Made by a program: the position numbers and the translations under genes. A DNA stretch of 64,000 bases from Eledone cirrhosa (lineage: Eukaryota), in assembly GCA_964016885.1 (NCBI GenBank), contig OZ024748.1, positions 8,308,001 through 8,372,000 on the forward strand. The letters run 5' to 3'. Within the stretch, counting starts at the first letter, position 1. Every line of letters begins with the position of its first letter. The notes beneath the pieces are model-generated. The model searched no databases, had not been told where the DNA came from, and saw only the letters and a program-made list of their open reading frames with translations. Of this stretch, positions 35,331 to 45,112 are shown piece by piece.

Positions 35331-35591
35331 TTTCTTTATTAACCACAAGGGTTTACATAAAGTAGACATTAAGGACAGTGCAGGACAATGCAGGACGGTA
35401 CAAATGGGCATTTCTGCGTGTAAAAAAAACAAAAATAGAGGATGTAACAAAAATAACAATGAAAATAACAATGAAAAATTCCCCAATAGGGGGGAGACTT
35501 CGGAGGGACATTTGTGGAGAAAGCCCAGTAAAAAGCCACAATGACCCTGACCACCAAGGCAAGTGCCCTCTCCCAGTTTTCCACCTTTAGT

Positions 35592-38500
35592 TTACAGATA
35601 TATACTCAGAGTCGGCCCATTCACTCGGGCCATTCTTGCTTCTCTCACCCATCTTTCAACAAAATGCTGGGAAGAGAGCACTTCCTTCTCTACTCTGATT
35701 TTCCTTTTCAAATGAAATTTGAAAAAGTCAATCAGAGCATCACCGAAGAGGTAAGTGCTCGTCTTCAGCCCTTTCAAACGTGTCCACCATACTATCTCTT
35801 TCGCCATGGCCACCAGACAGATAAAAACTGCCTGCCCTTCCCGGCTAAAGGAGGAGGGCGGGGCAATCCTCACGATAGACTCAGATGATAGCTGGATCCG
35901 TCCTAAACGCGACAGCAGGTGTTCGACATAAACCCACAAGTCAGCAATTTTCGGACACTGGACGAGTGCGTGCAGGACGGTTTCGTCGCCCTGCGCGCAT
36001 CTCGGACATGCCCGGCTGACGGCACCTCCATGCCTGTAGAGTTTATCCCGAACTGGCAAGGCTCCTCGGTAGCACTGCCAGGCCAGAGATTTCTGGAAGT
36101 TGTCCATAGGCCCTGGCCCGAAGGTTCTTCCGAAGAGATTGGCTAGTTGATTTTCGTCGACGCCTAGAGTTTCCCCAAGTACGTCGTCGCTCTTCCCCTC
36201 CACTAATCCTCTATAGAACGCCGAGGTGGAGTTTCCACCGATCACATTGCCCGATTGGTCGAGGGCTGTGAGCGCCTGAAGACATTCCAGTCTCCAGGCG
36301 CTCCCTCTCGGTCTTCGCTTGACCCAGGACTGCAGCTCCGTCAAGGAAACGAGCTGGGGAAAAACGCGTCTAGCAAACGGCGACCACACCTGATCACCGT
36401 CGAGGAAGAGGTGGAGATGTCGTAGCCTGAGCGCGTGCCTGCGCATCATCAGCCACGGCATGCCCAGCCCTCCACGTAGCGGGTGTTGACAACAGATGGA
36501 CCGCCTGACCATCGGAGCACGTCCCTTCCACAAAAAGCGAAAGAGCAAACGCTCCAGCGCAGTCAGGCGAGGCTTAGGACAAGGTACGACGGTTAGGCGG
36601 TAGCAGATGACAGACGCGATGTACGCGTTAGCCACCTCCGCTCGACCTTTCAGGGATAGCTTCCTCTCCGCCCATTTCTGGGTGAGAGAAGCCACCCTGC
36701 TCGTCACCTCGTCCCAGTTTTTGTCCGTCTGGAGGTCCGGACCGAACCAGACCCCTAGCAATTTAACCGGTCCGTCCGTCCAGCGCCCGACGACGCTGTT
36801 GGACGGCATGGACCTGCCTCTCCAGGTGCCGAGCTGCAGGCCCACTGACTTTTCCTGGTTGATCATTGCTCCTGTCACCGCTTCGTATTCTCTTAGTGTA
36901 GTGCCGATCGCCTCGATGTGTTTGGCGTTCGACACCACTACGGTGACATCGTCCGCATATGCTGACACGGATCTTCCGCATCCTAGTTCGCGCGGGACTC
37001 CCCTCAACGTCTCCAGTTTGTGCAGTAATGGCTCGAGAGTCAATACGTACAAGAGGGACGAGAGGGGACATCCTTGGCGGACCGAGCGCATGATGTTGAA
37101 CGGTTCCGACAGGTGACCGTTCACTCTCACCACAGAGCAGATGTCGCTGTGCATGGCAGCGATCCAGCCTCTGAAGACGGGCCCAAAGCCAGCCGCCCTC
37201 AGGACTGCCGCTAGGTAACGATGGTCGACCCTATCGAAAGCTTTCGACTGATCTAAATTGATCAAGGACCCACCCGTGCCAGGTTCCCTAGCTACCCTCT
37301 CTACGATGTATCGCATGAGGTGGAGGTTGTCGTGGATGGATCTGTCGGGAATGGCGCATGTCTGCGCCTCTCCCACCAGACCACCAACGACAAGCGCCAA
37401 CCTCTTTGCTAGCACCTTGGCCAAAATCTTAAACTCTGTGTTTAGCAGAGTTATGGGCCGGAAATTGTCTATGTTATCCCCCTTGTTCGGATCCTTTCTC
37501 AGCAGTGCCACCGCTCCTCGGCTCACAGAACTGGGAATTCTCCCGTTCTGTTGCCAGTTGCAGTAGACGTCCGCCAAGAGGCCTCCGAACAAGTCTGGCA
37601 TCTGTACGTAAAGTTCATAGGGCAGACCATCCAAACCAGGCGATTTACCCCTTGTGCAGCCAGTCATTGCCTCCCTTACTTCAGCGGCTGTTATCGGCTT
37701 TTCGCAACACTTCGCCTCAGTGGCCGAGAGCCGCGGCAGTCCGTCGAGGTAGACACTAAAGTCCATCCCTCTACCCGGCCCCCCGCTGCCCCCGAACAGC
37801 TGAGCGAAGTGTCGCTGAAAAGCTTCACACATTTGCCCGGGATCGAGTAGCATGCGCCCGTCGTGGTCCACCAAAGACCGGATCGTGGCTTTGTTGCCAC
37901 GACGCGCCTCCGCCACTCGGGCCCATTGAACGGCTTTCGTCCCCTCGTGTCTGAGAGCACGCACCCTAGCTCTGACAACGCAGCCTTCGTGCTTTGCATT
38001 GAAGAATTGGTCAAGGGCCAATTTCGCCGCAAGCACGTCGGTCGCAATGCCTTTGCTAAGCGCCTCGTCTAATTTTCTAACTAGTTCTCCCTCTGCTCTA
38101 TTTTTCTCTATTGCTAAAGCCTTACTAAACCTAATCGATTCTATTCTAATCGCTCTTTTCAGAGCAAACCACCACTTGTTGTTGACGATGGCCCCCGTCA
38201 ACGCCCGCTTAACTAGTTCGCTAATCCGGTCTCTGTAGGCCTTGCGCGCTGGTAAGGACGCGTTTAGCTTCCAGTAGCCGGGTCCTCGTCTATGAAGCCT
38301 ATCTAAGTCAAGCACACAGATCACGAATTTGTGGTCCGTGTAGCTGACTATCTTGAATTGTGGACAGCCTATGCTAGACCTATCTATTTCCCTACAAAAT
38401 ACTCTATCTAGATATGATCTGGATGACCCTATGCGGTTTGTCCAAGTCCACATTGGCACATTCGGGAAATCCAATCGGTACCTGTCAGACAGTTCAAAAC

Positions 38501-39011
38501 GCCTGAGCAGGTTGGTGAGGCTCTTGCACCCTCCACCCCTATCCGCTAATCCCACACAGTCCCAGCGTGCATCTAAGATCCCGTTCCAGTCGCCCACTAA
38601 CACTAAAGAGCGCGACGTTCCAAGAAAGGTCTCCAGACGCCGGAAGAAATCAGGCCGCCCTGCTCCTGTCGGGGCATAGGCGGCCACTAGCCTGAAAGCT
38701 TGCCCGTCTCCGCTGGTCACGTCCAGCACCACCAGCTTACCCTCTGGGTCCAGGAAGATGGCCCGTATGGCGAGATCCAAACCTCTCCGAAAAAGCACAG
38801 CAACTCCTCCACCCGATCCAGGACGGCTGGGAGATGCGTACACATCGTAGCCGCCGAAGATCGGTGCGAAGGCCCGTGCTTCGGAGATTCTGGTCTCGCT
38901 GATGGCCACTACATCTATGTTTAGTGACCTGAGGTCGTTGAGCAGGTGACCCTGCTTCCATGACGACCCCAAGCCACGCGCATTTATGCTGCCTATTCTG
39001 AGTGAGGTCAT
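35592..39011 (-). CDS. LINE ORF2 (EN-RT-ZnF), copy 3
   Basis: Intact 1139 aa; private VYAP->AYAP change. Confidence 0.96.
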   Translation of the reverse strand: MTSLRIGSINARGLGSSWKQGHLLNDLRSLNIDVVAISETRISEARAFAPIFGGYDVYASPSRPGSGGGVAVLFRRGLDLAIRAIFLDPEGKLVVLDVTSGDGQAFRLVAAYAPTGAGRPDFFRRLETFLGTSRSLVLVGDWNGILDARWDCVGLADRGGGCKSLTNLLRRFELSDRYRLDFPNVPMWTWTNRIGSSRSYLDRVFCREIDRSSIGCPQFKIVSYTDHKFVICVLDLDRLHRRGPGYWKLNASLPARKAYRDRISELVKRALTGAIVNNKWWFALKRAIRIESIRFSKALAIEKNRAEGELVRKLDEALSKGIATDVLAAKLALDQFFNAKHEGCVVRARVRALRHEGTKAVQWARVAEARRGNKATIRSLVDHDGRMLLDPGQMCEAFQRHFAQLFGGSGGPGRGMDFSVYLDGLPRLSATEAKCCEKPITAAEVREAMTGCTRGKSPGLDGLPYELYVQMPDLFGGLLADVYCNWQQNGRIPSSVSRGAVALLRKDPNKGDNIDNFRPITLLNTEFKILAKVLAKRLALVVGGLVGEAQTCAIPDRSIHDNLHLMRYIVERVAREPGTGGSLINLDQSKAFDRVDHRYLAAVLRAAGFGPVFRGWIAAMHSDICSVVRVNGHLSEPFNIMRSVRQGCPLSSLLYVLTLEPLLHKLETLRGVPRELGCGRSVSAYADDVTVVVSNAKHIEAIGTTLREYEAVTGAMINQEKSVGLQLGTWRGRSMPSNSVVGRWTDGPVKLLGVWFGPDLQTDKNWDEVTSRVASLTQKWAERKLSLKGRAEVANAYIASVICYRLTVVPCPKPRLTALERLLFRFLWKGRAPMVRRSICCQHPLRGGLGMPWLMMRRHALRLRHLHLFLDGDQVWSPFARRVFPQLVSLTELQSWVKRRPRGSAWRLECLQALTALDQSGNVIGGNSTSAFYRGLVEGKSDDVLGETLGVDENQLANLFGRTFGPGPMDNFQKSLAWQCYRGALPVRDKLYRHGGAVSRACPRCAQGDETVLHALVQCPKIADLWVYVEHLLSRLGRIQLSSESIVRIAPPSSFSREGQAVFICLVAMAKEIVWWTRLKGLKTSTYLFGDALIDFFKFHLKRKIRVEKEVLSSQHFVERWVREARMARVNGPTLSIYL

Positions 39012-39046
39012 GTTTAAAATAGAGTGGAAAAGATGGGAAAGACCAC

Positions 39047-41146
39047 TTACCGTATTTTTGGTAGAGGAGGGATGGTTTTTACATCCCTTTTCACTTGATC
39101 GTCTGGTGAAGGGACCGTTGAATCGTCCCTTCGGCTGGTCGTCGGCTCTTCTAAGAGAATGTCTGAATATACTCTTCGATTAATGGTTCCTCCTAGGTCC
39201 CTGAAATCACCAACTGCGTTGGGGAATTTCGTTTTAATGTTTGTGTATTGTTTCTGTGCTATTTTTAGCAGTCTTATGTTAGTTGGCGTTTTGATTGGTG
39301 CTGGTATTATGTAGTCCTGTTGTGAAATGTCTGTGTGTTCAATTATGTAAGTCATTAGTTTCTTGTTGTGTGTGTTTATTGCCGTGCATTTGTTTTTCTG
39401 GGGGTGGGGTGTGGTTCTGCTATTTTCTTGTCGTTGTTGCTGGGTGTGTGTGTTTTGTTGTTGTGTTTGCGATGTTGGTGCTTGTGGTGGTGGTGTTGAA
39501 GGTGTTGTTGGCGGTGGGGTTGTCGCCGGTGGTGATGGTGGTGCTGGTGTGGGTGGTGATGGTGTTGGTGGTGTTGCTGCTGTGGGTCTCTTTGCAGTAG
39601 ACTTTACCCTTTTCTCATTTCTTTCCTCCCTTTTCAAAGGCGACGATGCGCTGCTTCTGCGTTTGTGCCTTCTTGAGACCTTTTGCCATCCCTCTCCCAC
39701 CTCACACTCCATGTCTGATTCTGTAAGGTCGGGGAGGGGTACCAGCTCCACTCTTTCACTTGTTGTTGTTGGTGATGTTTGCACTGGAGTCTCTGTTGCA
39801 GCTGCATTTGGTATTGCTGTTGTTGTTGTTAATATTTCCACTGCTGCTGCTGTCTTTGATTTCCGTGGAGTGGGTATGGGTGCCACGGACCTATCGTTCC
39901 TGGTTGCCGCTTGTCCTGTTGCTGGTAGCCGTGGAACCGGATTCGGGAGGAGGGGGGTTTTCTCCTTTCTCAGGGTCTTCTCGTTGCAGAAGGCCCTGAG
40001 GTGAGTCTTCGATCCACAGCGAAAGCATTTCGGGCGTTTGCCCTCAACACTTATGGGCAGTTGAGTGCCGTTATCGAAGTCTATCACATCCGGGATAGCT
40101 TCGATGCACTCCTGGTTGGTTTGGATTAGCATCTCAATGGAGGAGCCGACCCAATCTTCTCTTACTTTTTTCTGTACTTGCAGTACAGTTGTTTTGTCCT
40201 CGATTCCGACGAGGACAGACGCGGCCAGCCAAGAAGGGGTCATTCCGGGGGGGACGTGGGTCAGTTTGACCCTCACAATTTTTTGCCCGCAGTAGGAGGG
40301 CACCAACACCATTTCCTCGCTCCTTAGGGTCACTACTGATTGGGCCTTTGCCTCCTGGGGTGTGGCAAAAAGTACGTCTACGGTGGCGTATTTTTTGCCT
40401 CGGGTGATGTGCGTTTTCCTCTGCCACACAGACCCCAAGGCTTTTTGTATTTGGGCCTCTGTGGCTCTTTCCACCCTACGGGATTTTGTACTTACTGTAC
40501 GGTACGTGACCGTACAGTGCTCTTGGGTTTCGAAAAAATTTTTCGCTGCCTTGCAGATTGCTCGGTGTCCGTTCTTTGTCACCATCTTCTTCGCTTCCTC
40601 TAATTCCTCATTTGTTATGAGGATTGTTTCCAGGTTTTTCGCAATACCTGCAAATGAGATTGGTTTTTCTCTGCTGTTGTTGTTGTCGTCAGAGCTGCTG
40701 GTACTTTTGTTGTTGCTGCAGGTACTACGACTACTGCCTCCGCCGCTGTTGCTGTGGTTGTTGTTGGTGTTGCTGCTGCTAATGCTGTTGTTGTTTATGC
40801 TGCTGGTGATGCTGTTGCGGCTGCTACTGTTGTTTTCATTGTCACTGTTGCTGTTGTTATTACGGCTGCTACTGCTATTATTCCTGACGTCAGACGAATG
40901 AATTGGGTTTTCGTATTTCCCGCACACCTGTTTCGTCGCTGTCGTCGTCGTCGTGGAGAAACCTTGCACGCTTTGCACGAGACTTTTCTTTTCTTTCGTC
41001 GCTTGCGAAAGAGAAGGTAGGGAGAGAGACACATTTAAAGAAGGGAGGGAGAGAGACAATCTTCTCTCTCCTGTAGTGATGATTGAGGAAGAAGAAGACG
41101 GAATGAGTGGGAGTGACGTATGAAATTTTTTTTTTTTGGTAGCCAT
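39047..41146 (-). CDS. LINE ORF1, copy 3
   Basis: Intact; CCHC knuckle. Confidence 0.9.
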   Translation of the reverse strand: MATKKKKFHTSLPLIPSSSSSIITTGERRLSLSLPSLNVSLSLPSLSQATKEKKSLVQSVQGFSTTTTTATKQVCGKYENPIHSSDVRNNSSSSRNNNSNSDNENNSSSRNSITSSINNNSISSSNTNNNHSNSGGGSSRSTCSNNKSTSSSDDNNNSREKPISFAGIAKNLETILITNEELEEAKKMVTKNGHRAICKAAKNFFETQEHCTVTYRTVSTKSRRVERATEAQIQKALGSVWQRKTHITRGKKYATVDVLFATPQEAKAQSVVTLRSEEMVLVPSYCGQKIVRVKLTHVPPGMTPSWLAASVLVGIEDKTTVLQVQKKVREDWVGSSIEMLIQTNQECIEAIPDVIDFDNGTQLPISVEGKRPKCFRCGSKTHLRAFCNEKTLRKEKTPLLPNPVPRLPATGQAATRNDRSVAPIPTPRKSKTAAAVEILTTTTAIPNAAATETPVQTSPTTTSERVELVPLPDLTESDMECEVGEGWQKVSRRHKRRSSASSPLKREERNEKRVKSTAKRPTAATPPTPSPPTPAPPSPPATTPPPTTPSTPPPQAPTSQTQQQNTHTQQQRQENSRTTPHPQKNKCTAINTHNKKLMTYIIEHTDISQQDYIIPAPIKTPTNIRLLKIAQKQYTNIKTKFPNAVGDFRDLGGTINRRVYSDILLEEPTTSRRDDSTVPSPDDQVKRDVKTIPPLPKIR

Positions 41147-41359
41147 GTTGTTTTGTTTAAAATGAAATTTTGGGTACAAAACCCCAATAACTGGCTATTT
41201 AACCCCGAAGGGCCAAATAACGGACAGAAAGACCCCTCTCACGAGGAGGAGGGTGTCTTTATCAACAATTTGGTTCAAGTTTTAAACAATTTACAATTGT
41301 TTTAACGGTTAAAAATTACTATACCTTACAGAGCCGAGCCTCCGTCAACCATGGCATTC

Positions 41360-41397
<38 letters not shown>

Positions 41398-41657
41398 TTT
41401 CTTTATTAACCACAAGGGTTTACATAAAGTAGACATTAAGGACAGTGCAGGACAATGCAGGACGGTACAAATGGGCATTTCTGCGTGTAAAAAAACAAAA
41501 ACAGAGGATGTAACAAAAATAACAATGAAAATAACAATGAAAAATTCCCCAATAGGGGGGAGACTTCGGAGGGACATTTGTGGAGAAAGCCCAGTAAAAA
41601 GCCACAATGACCCTGACCACCAAGGCAAGTGCCCTCTCCCAGTTTTCCACCTTTAGT

Positions 41658-44600
41658 TTACAGATATATACTCAGAGTCGGCCCATTCACTCGGGCCATT
41701 CTTGCTTCTCTCACCCATCTTTCAACAAAATGCTGGGAAGAGAGCACTTCCCTCTCTACTCTGATTTTCCTTTTCAAATGAAATTTGAAAAAGTCAATCA
41801 GAGCATCACCGAAGAGGTAAGTGCTCGTCTTCAGCCCTTTCAAACGTGTCCACCATACTATCTCTTTCGCCATGGCCACCAGACAGATAAAAACTGCCTG
41901 CCCTTCCCGGCTAAAGGAGGAGGGCGGGGCAATCCTCACGATGGACTCAGATGATAGCTGGATCCGTCCTAAACGCGACAGCAGGTGTTCGACATAAACC
42001 CACAAGTCAGCAATTTTCGGACACTGGACGAGTGCGTGCAGGACGGTTTCGTCGCCCTGCGCGCATCTCGGACATGCCCGGCTGACGGCACCTCCATGCC
42101 TGTAGAGTTTATCCCGAACTGGCAAGGCTCCTCGGTAGCACTGCCAGGCCAGAGATTTCTGGAAGTTGTCCATAGGCCCTGGCCCGAAAGTTCTTCCGAA
42201 GAGATTGGCTAGTTGATTTTCGTCGACGCCTAGAGTTTCCCCAAGTACGTCGTCGCTCTTCCCCTCCACTAATCCTCTATAGAACGCCGAGGTGGAGTTT
42301 CCACCGATCACATTGCCCGATTGGTCGAGGGCTGTGAGCGCCTGAAGACATTCCAGTCTCCAGGCGCTCCCTCTCGGTCTTCGCTTGACCCAGGACTGCA
42401 GCTCCGTCAAGGAAACGAGCTGGGGAAAAACGCGTCTAGCAAACGGCGACCACACCTGATCACCGTCGAGGAAGAGGTGGAGATGTCGTAGCCTGAGCGC
42501 GTGCCTGCGCATCATCAGCCACGGCATGCCCAGCCCTCCACGTAGCGGGTGTTGACAACAGATGGACCGCCTGACCATCGGAGCACGTCCCTTCCACAAA
42601 AAGCGAAAGAGCAAACGTTCCAGCGCAGTCAGGCGAGGCTTAGGACAAGGTACGACGGTTAGGCGGTAGCAGATGACAGACGCGATGTACGCGTTAGCCA
42701 CCTCCGCTCGACCTTTCAGGGATAGCTTCCTCTCCGCCCATTTCTGGGTGAGAGAAGCCACCCTGCTCGTCACCTCGTCCCAGTTTTTGTCCGTCTGGAG
42801 GTCCGGACCGAACCAGACCCCTAGCAATTTAACCGGTCCGTCCGTCCAGCGCCCGACGACGCTGTTGGACGGCATGGACCTGCCTCTCCAGGTGCCGAGC
42901 TGCAGGCCCACTGACTTTTCCTGGTTGATCATTGCTCCTGTCACCGCTTCGTATTCTCTTAGTGTAGTGCCGATCGCCTCGATGTGTTTGGCGTTCGACA
43001 CCACTACGGTGACATCGTCCGCATATGCTGACACGGATCTTCCGCATCCTAGTTCGCGCGGGACTCCCCTCAACGTCTCCAGTTTGTGCAGTAATGGCTC
43101 GAGAGTCAATACGTACAAGAGGGACGAGAGGGGACATCCTTGGCGGACCGAGCGCATGATGTTGAACGGTTCCGACAGGTGACCGTTCACTCTCACCACA
43201 GAGCAGATGTCGCTGTGCATGGCAGCGATCCAGCCTCTGAAGACGGGCCCAAAGCCAGCCGCCCTCAGGACTGCCGCTAGGTAACGATGGTCGACCCTAT
43301 CGAAAGCTTTCGACTGATCTAAATTGATCAAGGACCCACCCGTGCCAGGTTCCCTAGCTACCCTCTCTACGATGTATCGCATGAGGTGGAGGTTGTCGTG
43401 GATGGATCTGTCGGGAATGGCGCATGTCTGCGCCTCTCCCACCAGACCACCAACGACAAGCGCCAACCTCTTTGCTAGCACCTTGGCCAAAATCTTAAAC
43501 TCTGTGTTTAGCAGAGTTATGGGCCGGAAATTGTCTATGTTATCCCCCTTGTTCGGATCCTTTCTCAGCAGTGCCACCGCTCCTCGGCTCACAGAACTGG
43601 GAATTCTCCCGTTCTGTTGCCAGTTGCAGTAGACGTCCGCCAAGAGGCCTCCGAACAAGTCTGGCATCTGTACGTAAAGTTCATAGGGCAGACCATCCAA
43701 ACCAGGCGATTTACCCTTTGTGCAGCCAGTCATTGCCTCCCGTACTTCAGCGGCTGTTATCGGCTTTTCGCAACACCTCGCCTCAGTGGCCGAGAGCCGC
43801 GGCAGCCCGTCGAGGTAGACACTAAAGTCCATCCCTCTACCCGGCCCCCCGCTGCCCCCGAACAGCTGAGCGAAGTGTCGCTGAAAAGCTTCACACATTT
43901 GCCCGGGATCGAGTAGCATGCGCCCGTCGTGGTCCACCAAAGACCGGATCGTGGCTTTGTTGCCACGACGCGCCTCCGCCACTCGGGCCCATTGAACGGC
44001 TTTCGTCCCCTCGTGTCTGAGAGCACGCACCCTAGCTCTGACAACGCAGCCTTCGTGCTTTGCATTGAAGAATTGGTCAAGGGCCAATTTCGCCGCAAGC
44101 ACGTCGGTCGCAATGCCTTTGCTAAGCGCCTCGTCTAATTTTCTAACTAGTTCTCCCTCTGCTCTATTTTTCTCTATTGCTAAAGCCTTACTAAACCTAA
44201 TCGATTCTATTCTAATCGCTCTTTTCAGAGCAAACCACCACTTGTTGTTGACGATGGCCCCCGTCAACGCCCGCTTAACTAGTTCGCTAATCCGGTCTCT
44301 GTAGGCCTTGCGCGCTGGTAAGGACGCGTTTAGCTTCCAGTAGCCGGGTCCTCGTCTATGAAGCCTATCTAAGTCAAGCACACAGATCACGAATTTGTGG
44401 TCCGTGTAGCTGACTATCTTGAATTGTGGACAGCCTATGCTAGACCTATCTATTTCCCTACAAAATACTCTATCTAGATATGATCTGGATGACCCTATGC
44501 GGTTTGTCCAAGTCCACATTGGCACATTCGGGAAATCCAATCGGTACCTGTCAGACAGTTCAAAACGCCTGAGCAGGTTGGTGAGGCTCTTGCACCCTCC

Positions 44601-45077
44601 ACCCCTATCCGCTAATCCCACACAGTCCCAGCGTGCATCTAAGATCCCGTTCCAGTCGCCCACTAACACTAAAGAGCGCGACGTTCCAAGAAAGGTCTCC
44701 AGACGCCGGAAGAAATCAGGCCGCCCTGCTCCTGTCGGGGCATAGACGGCCACTAGCCTGAAAGCTTGCCCGTCTCCGCTGGTCACGTCCAGCACCACCA
44801 GCTTACCCTCTGGGTCCAGGAAGATGGCCCGTATGGCGAGATCCAAACCTCTCCGAAAAAGCACAGCAACTCCTCCACCCGATCCAGGACGGCTGGGAGA
44901 TGCGTACACATCGTAGCCGCCGAAGATCGGTGCGAAGGCCCGTGCTTCGGAGATTCTGGTCTCGCTGATGGCCACTACATCTATGTTTAGTGACCTGAGG
45001 TCGTTGAGCAGGTGACCCTGCTTCCATGACGACCCCAAGCCACGCGCATTTATGCTGCCTATTCTGAGTGAGGTCAT
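41658..45077 (-). CDS. LINE ORF2 (EN-RT-ZnF), copy 4
   Basis: Intact 1139 aa; private GCTRG->GCTKG change. Confidence 0.96.
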   Translation of the reverse strand: MTSLRIGSINARGLGSSWKQGHLLNDLRSLNIDVVAISETRISEARAFAPIFGGYDVYASPSRPGSGGGVAVLFRRGLDLAIRAIFLDPEGKLVVLDVTSGDGQAFRLVAVYAPTGAGRPDFFRRLETFLGTSRSLVLVGDWNGILDARWDCVGLADRGGGCKSLTNLLRRFELSDRYRLDFPNVPMWTWTNRIGSSRSYLDRVFCREIDRSSIGCPQFKIVSYTDHKFVICVLDLDRLHRRGPGYWKLNASLPARKAYRDRISELVKRALTGAIVNNKWWFALKRAIRIESIRFSKALAIEKNRAEGELVRKLDEALSKGIATDVLAAKLALDQFFNAKHEGCVVRARVRALRHEGTKAVQWARVAEARRGNKATIRSLVDHDGRMLLDPGQMCEAFQRHFAQLFGGSGGPGRGMDFSVYLDGLPRLSATEARCCEKPITAAEVREAMTGCTKGKSPGLDGLPYELYVQMPDLFGGLLADVYCNWQQNGRIPSSVSRGAVALLRKDPNKGDNIDNFRPITLLNTEFKILAKVLAKRLALVVGGLVGEAQTCAIPDRSIHDNLHLMRYIVERVAREPGTGGSLINLDQSKAFDRVDHRYLAAVLRAAGFGPVFRGWIAAMHSDICSVVRVNGHLSEPFNIMRSVRQGCPLSSLLYVLTLEPLLHKLETLRGVPRELGCGRSVSAYADDVTVVVSNAKHIEAIGTTLREYEAVTGAMINQEKSVGLQLGTWRGRSMPSNSVVGRWTDGPVKLLGVWFGPDLQTDKNWDEVTSRVASLTQKWAERKLSLKGRAEVANAYIASVICYRLTVVPCPKPRLTALERLLFRFLWKGRAPMVRRSICCQHPLRGGLGMPWLMMRRHALRLRHLHLFLDGDQVWSPFARRVFPQLVSLTELQSWVKRRPRGSAWRLECLQALTALDQSGNVIGGNSTSAFYRGLVEGKSDDVLGETLGVDENQLANLFGRTFGPGPMDNFQKSLAWQCYRGALPVRDKLYRHGGAVSRACPRCAQGDETVLHALVQCPKIADLWVYVEHLLSRLGRIQLSSESIVRIAPPSSFSREGQAVFICLVAMAKEIVWWTRLKGLKTSTYLFGDALIDFFKFHLKRKIRVEREVLSSQHFVERWVREARMARVNGPTLSIYL

Positions 45078-45112
45078 GTTTAAAATAGAGTGGAAAAGAT
45101 GGGAAAGACCAC

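Larger units (their letters stand above)
35329..41359 (-). mobile_element. Full-length Tx1/L1-type LINE, copy 3
   Basis: Same termini; (AAT)16 junction at 35281-35328; one extra base in the 3'UTR homopolymer. Confidence 0.95.
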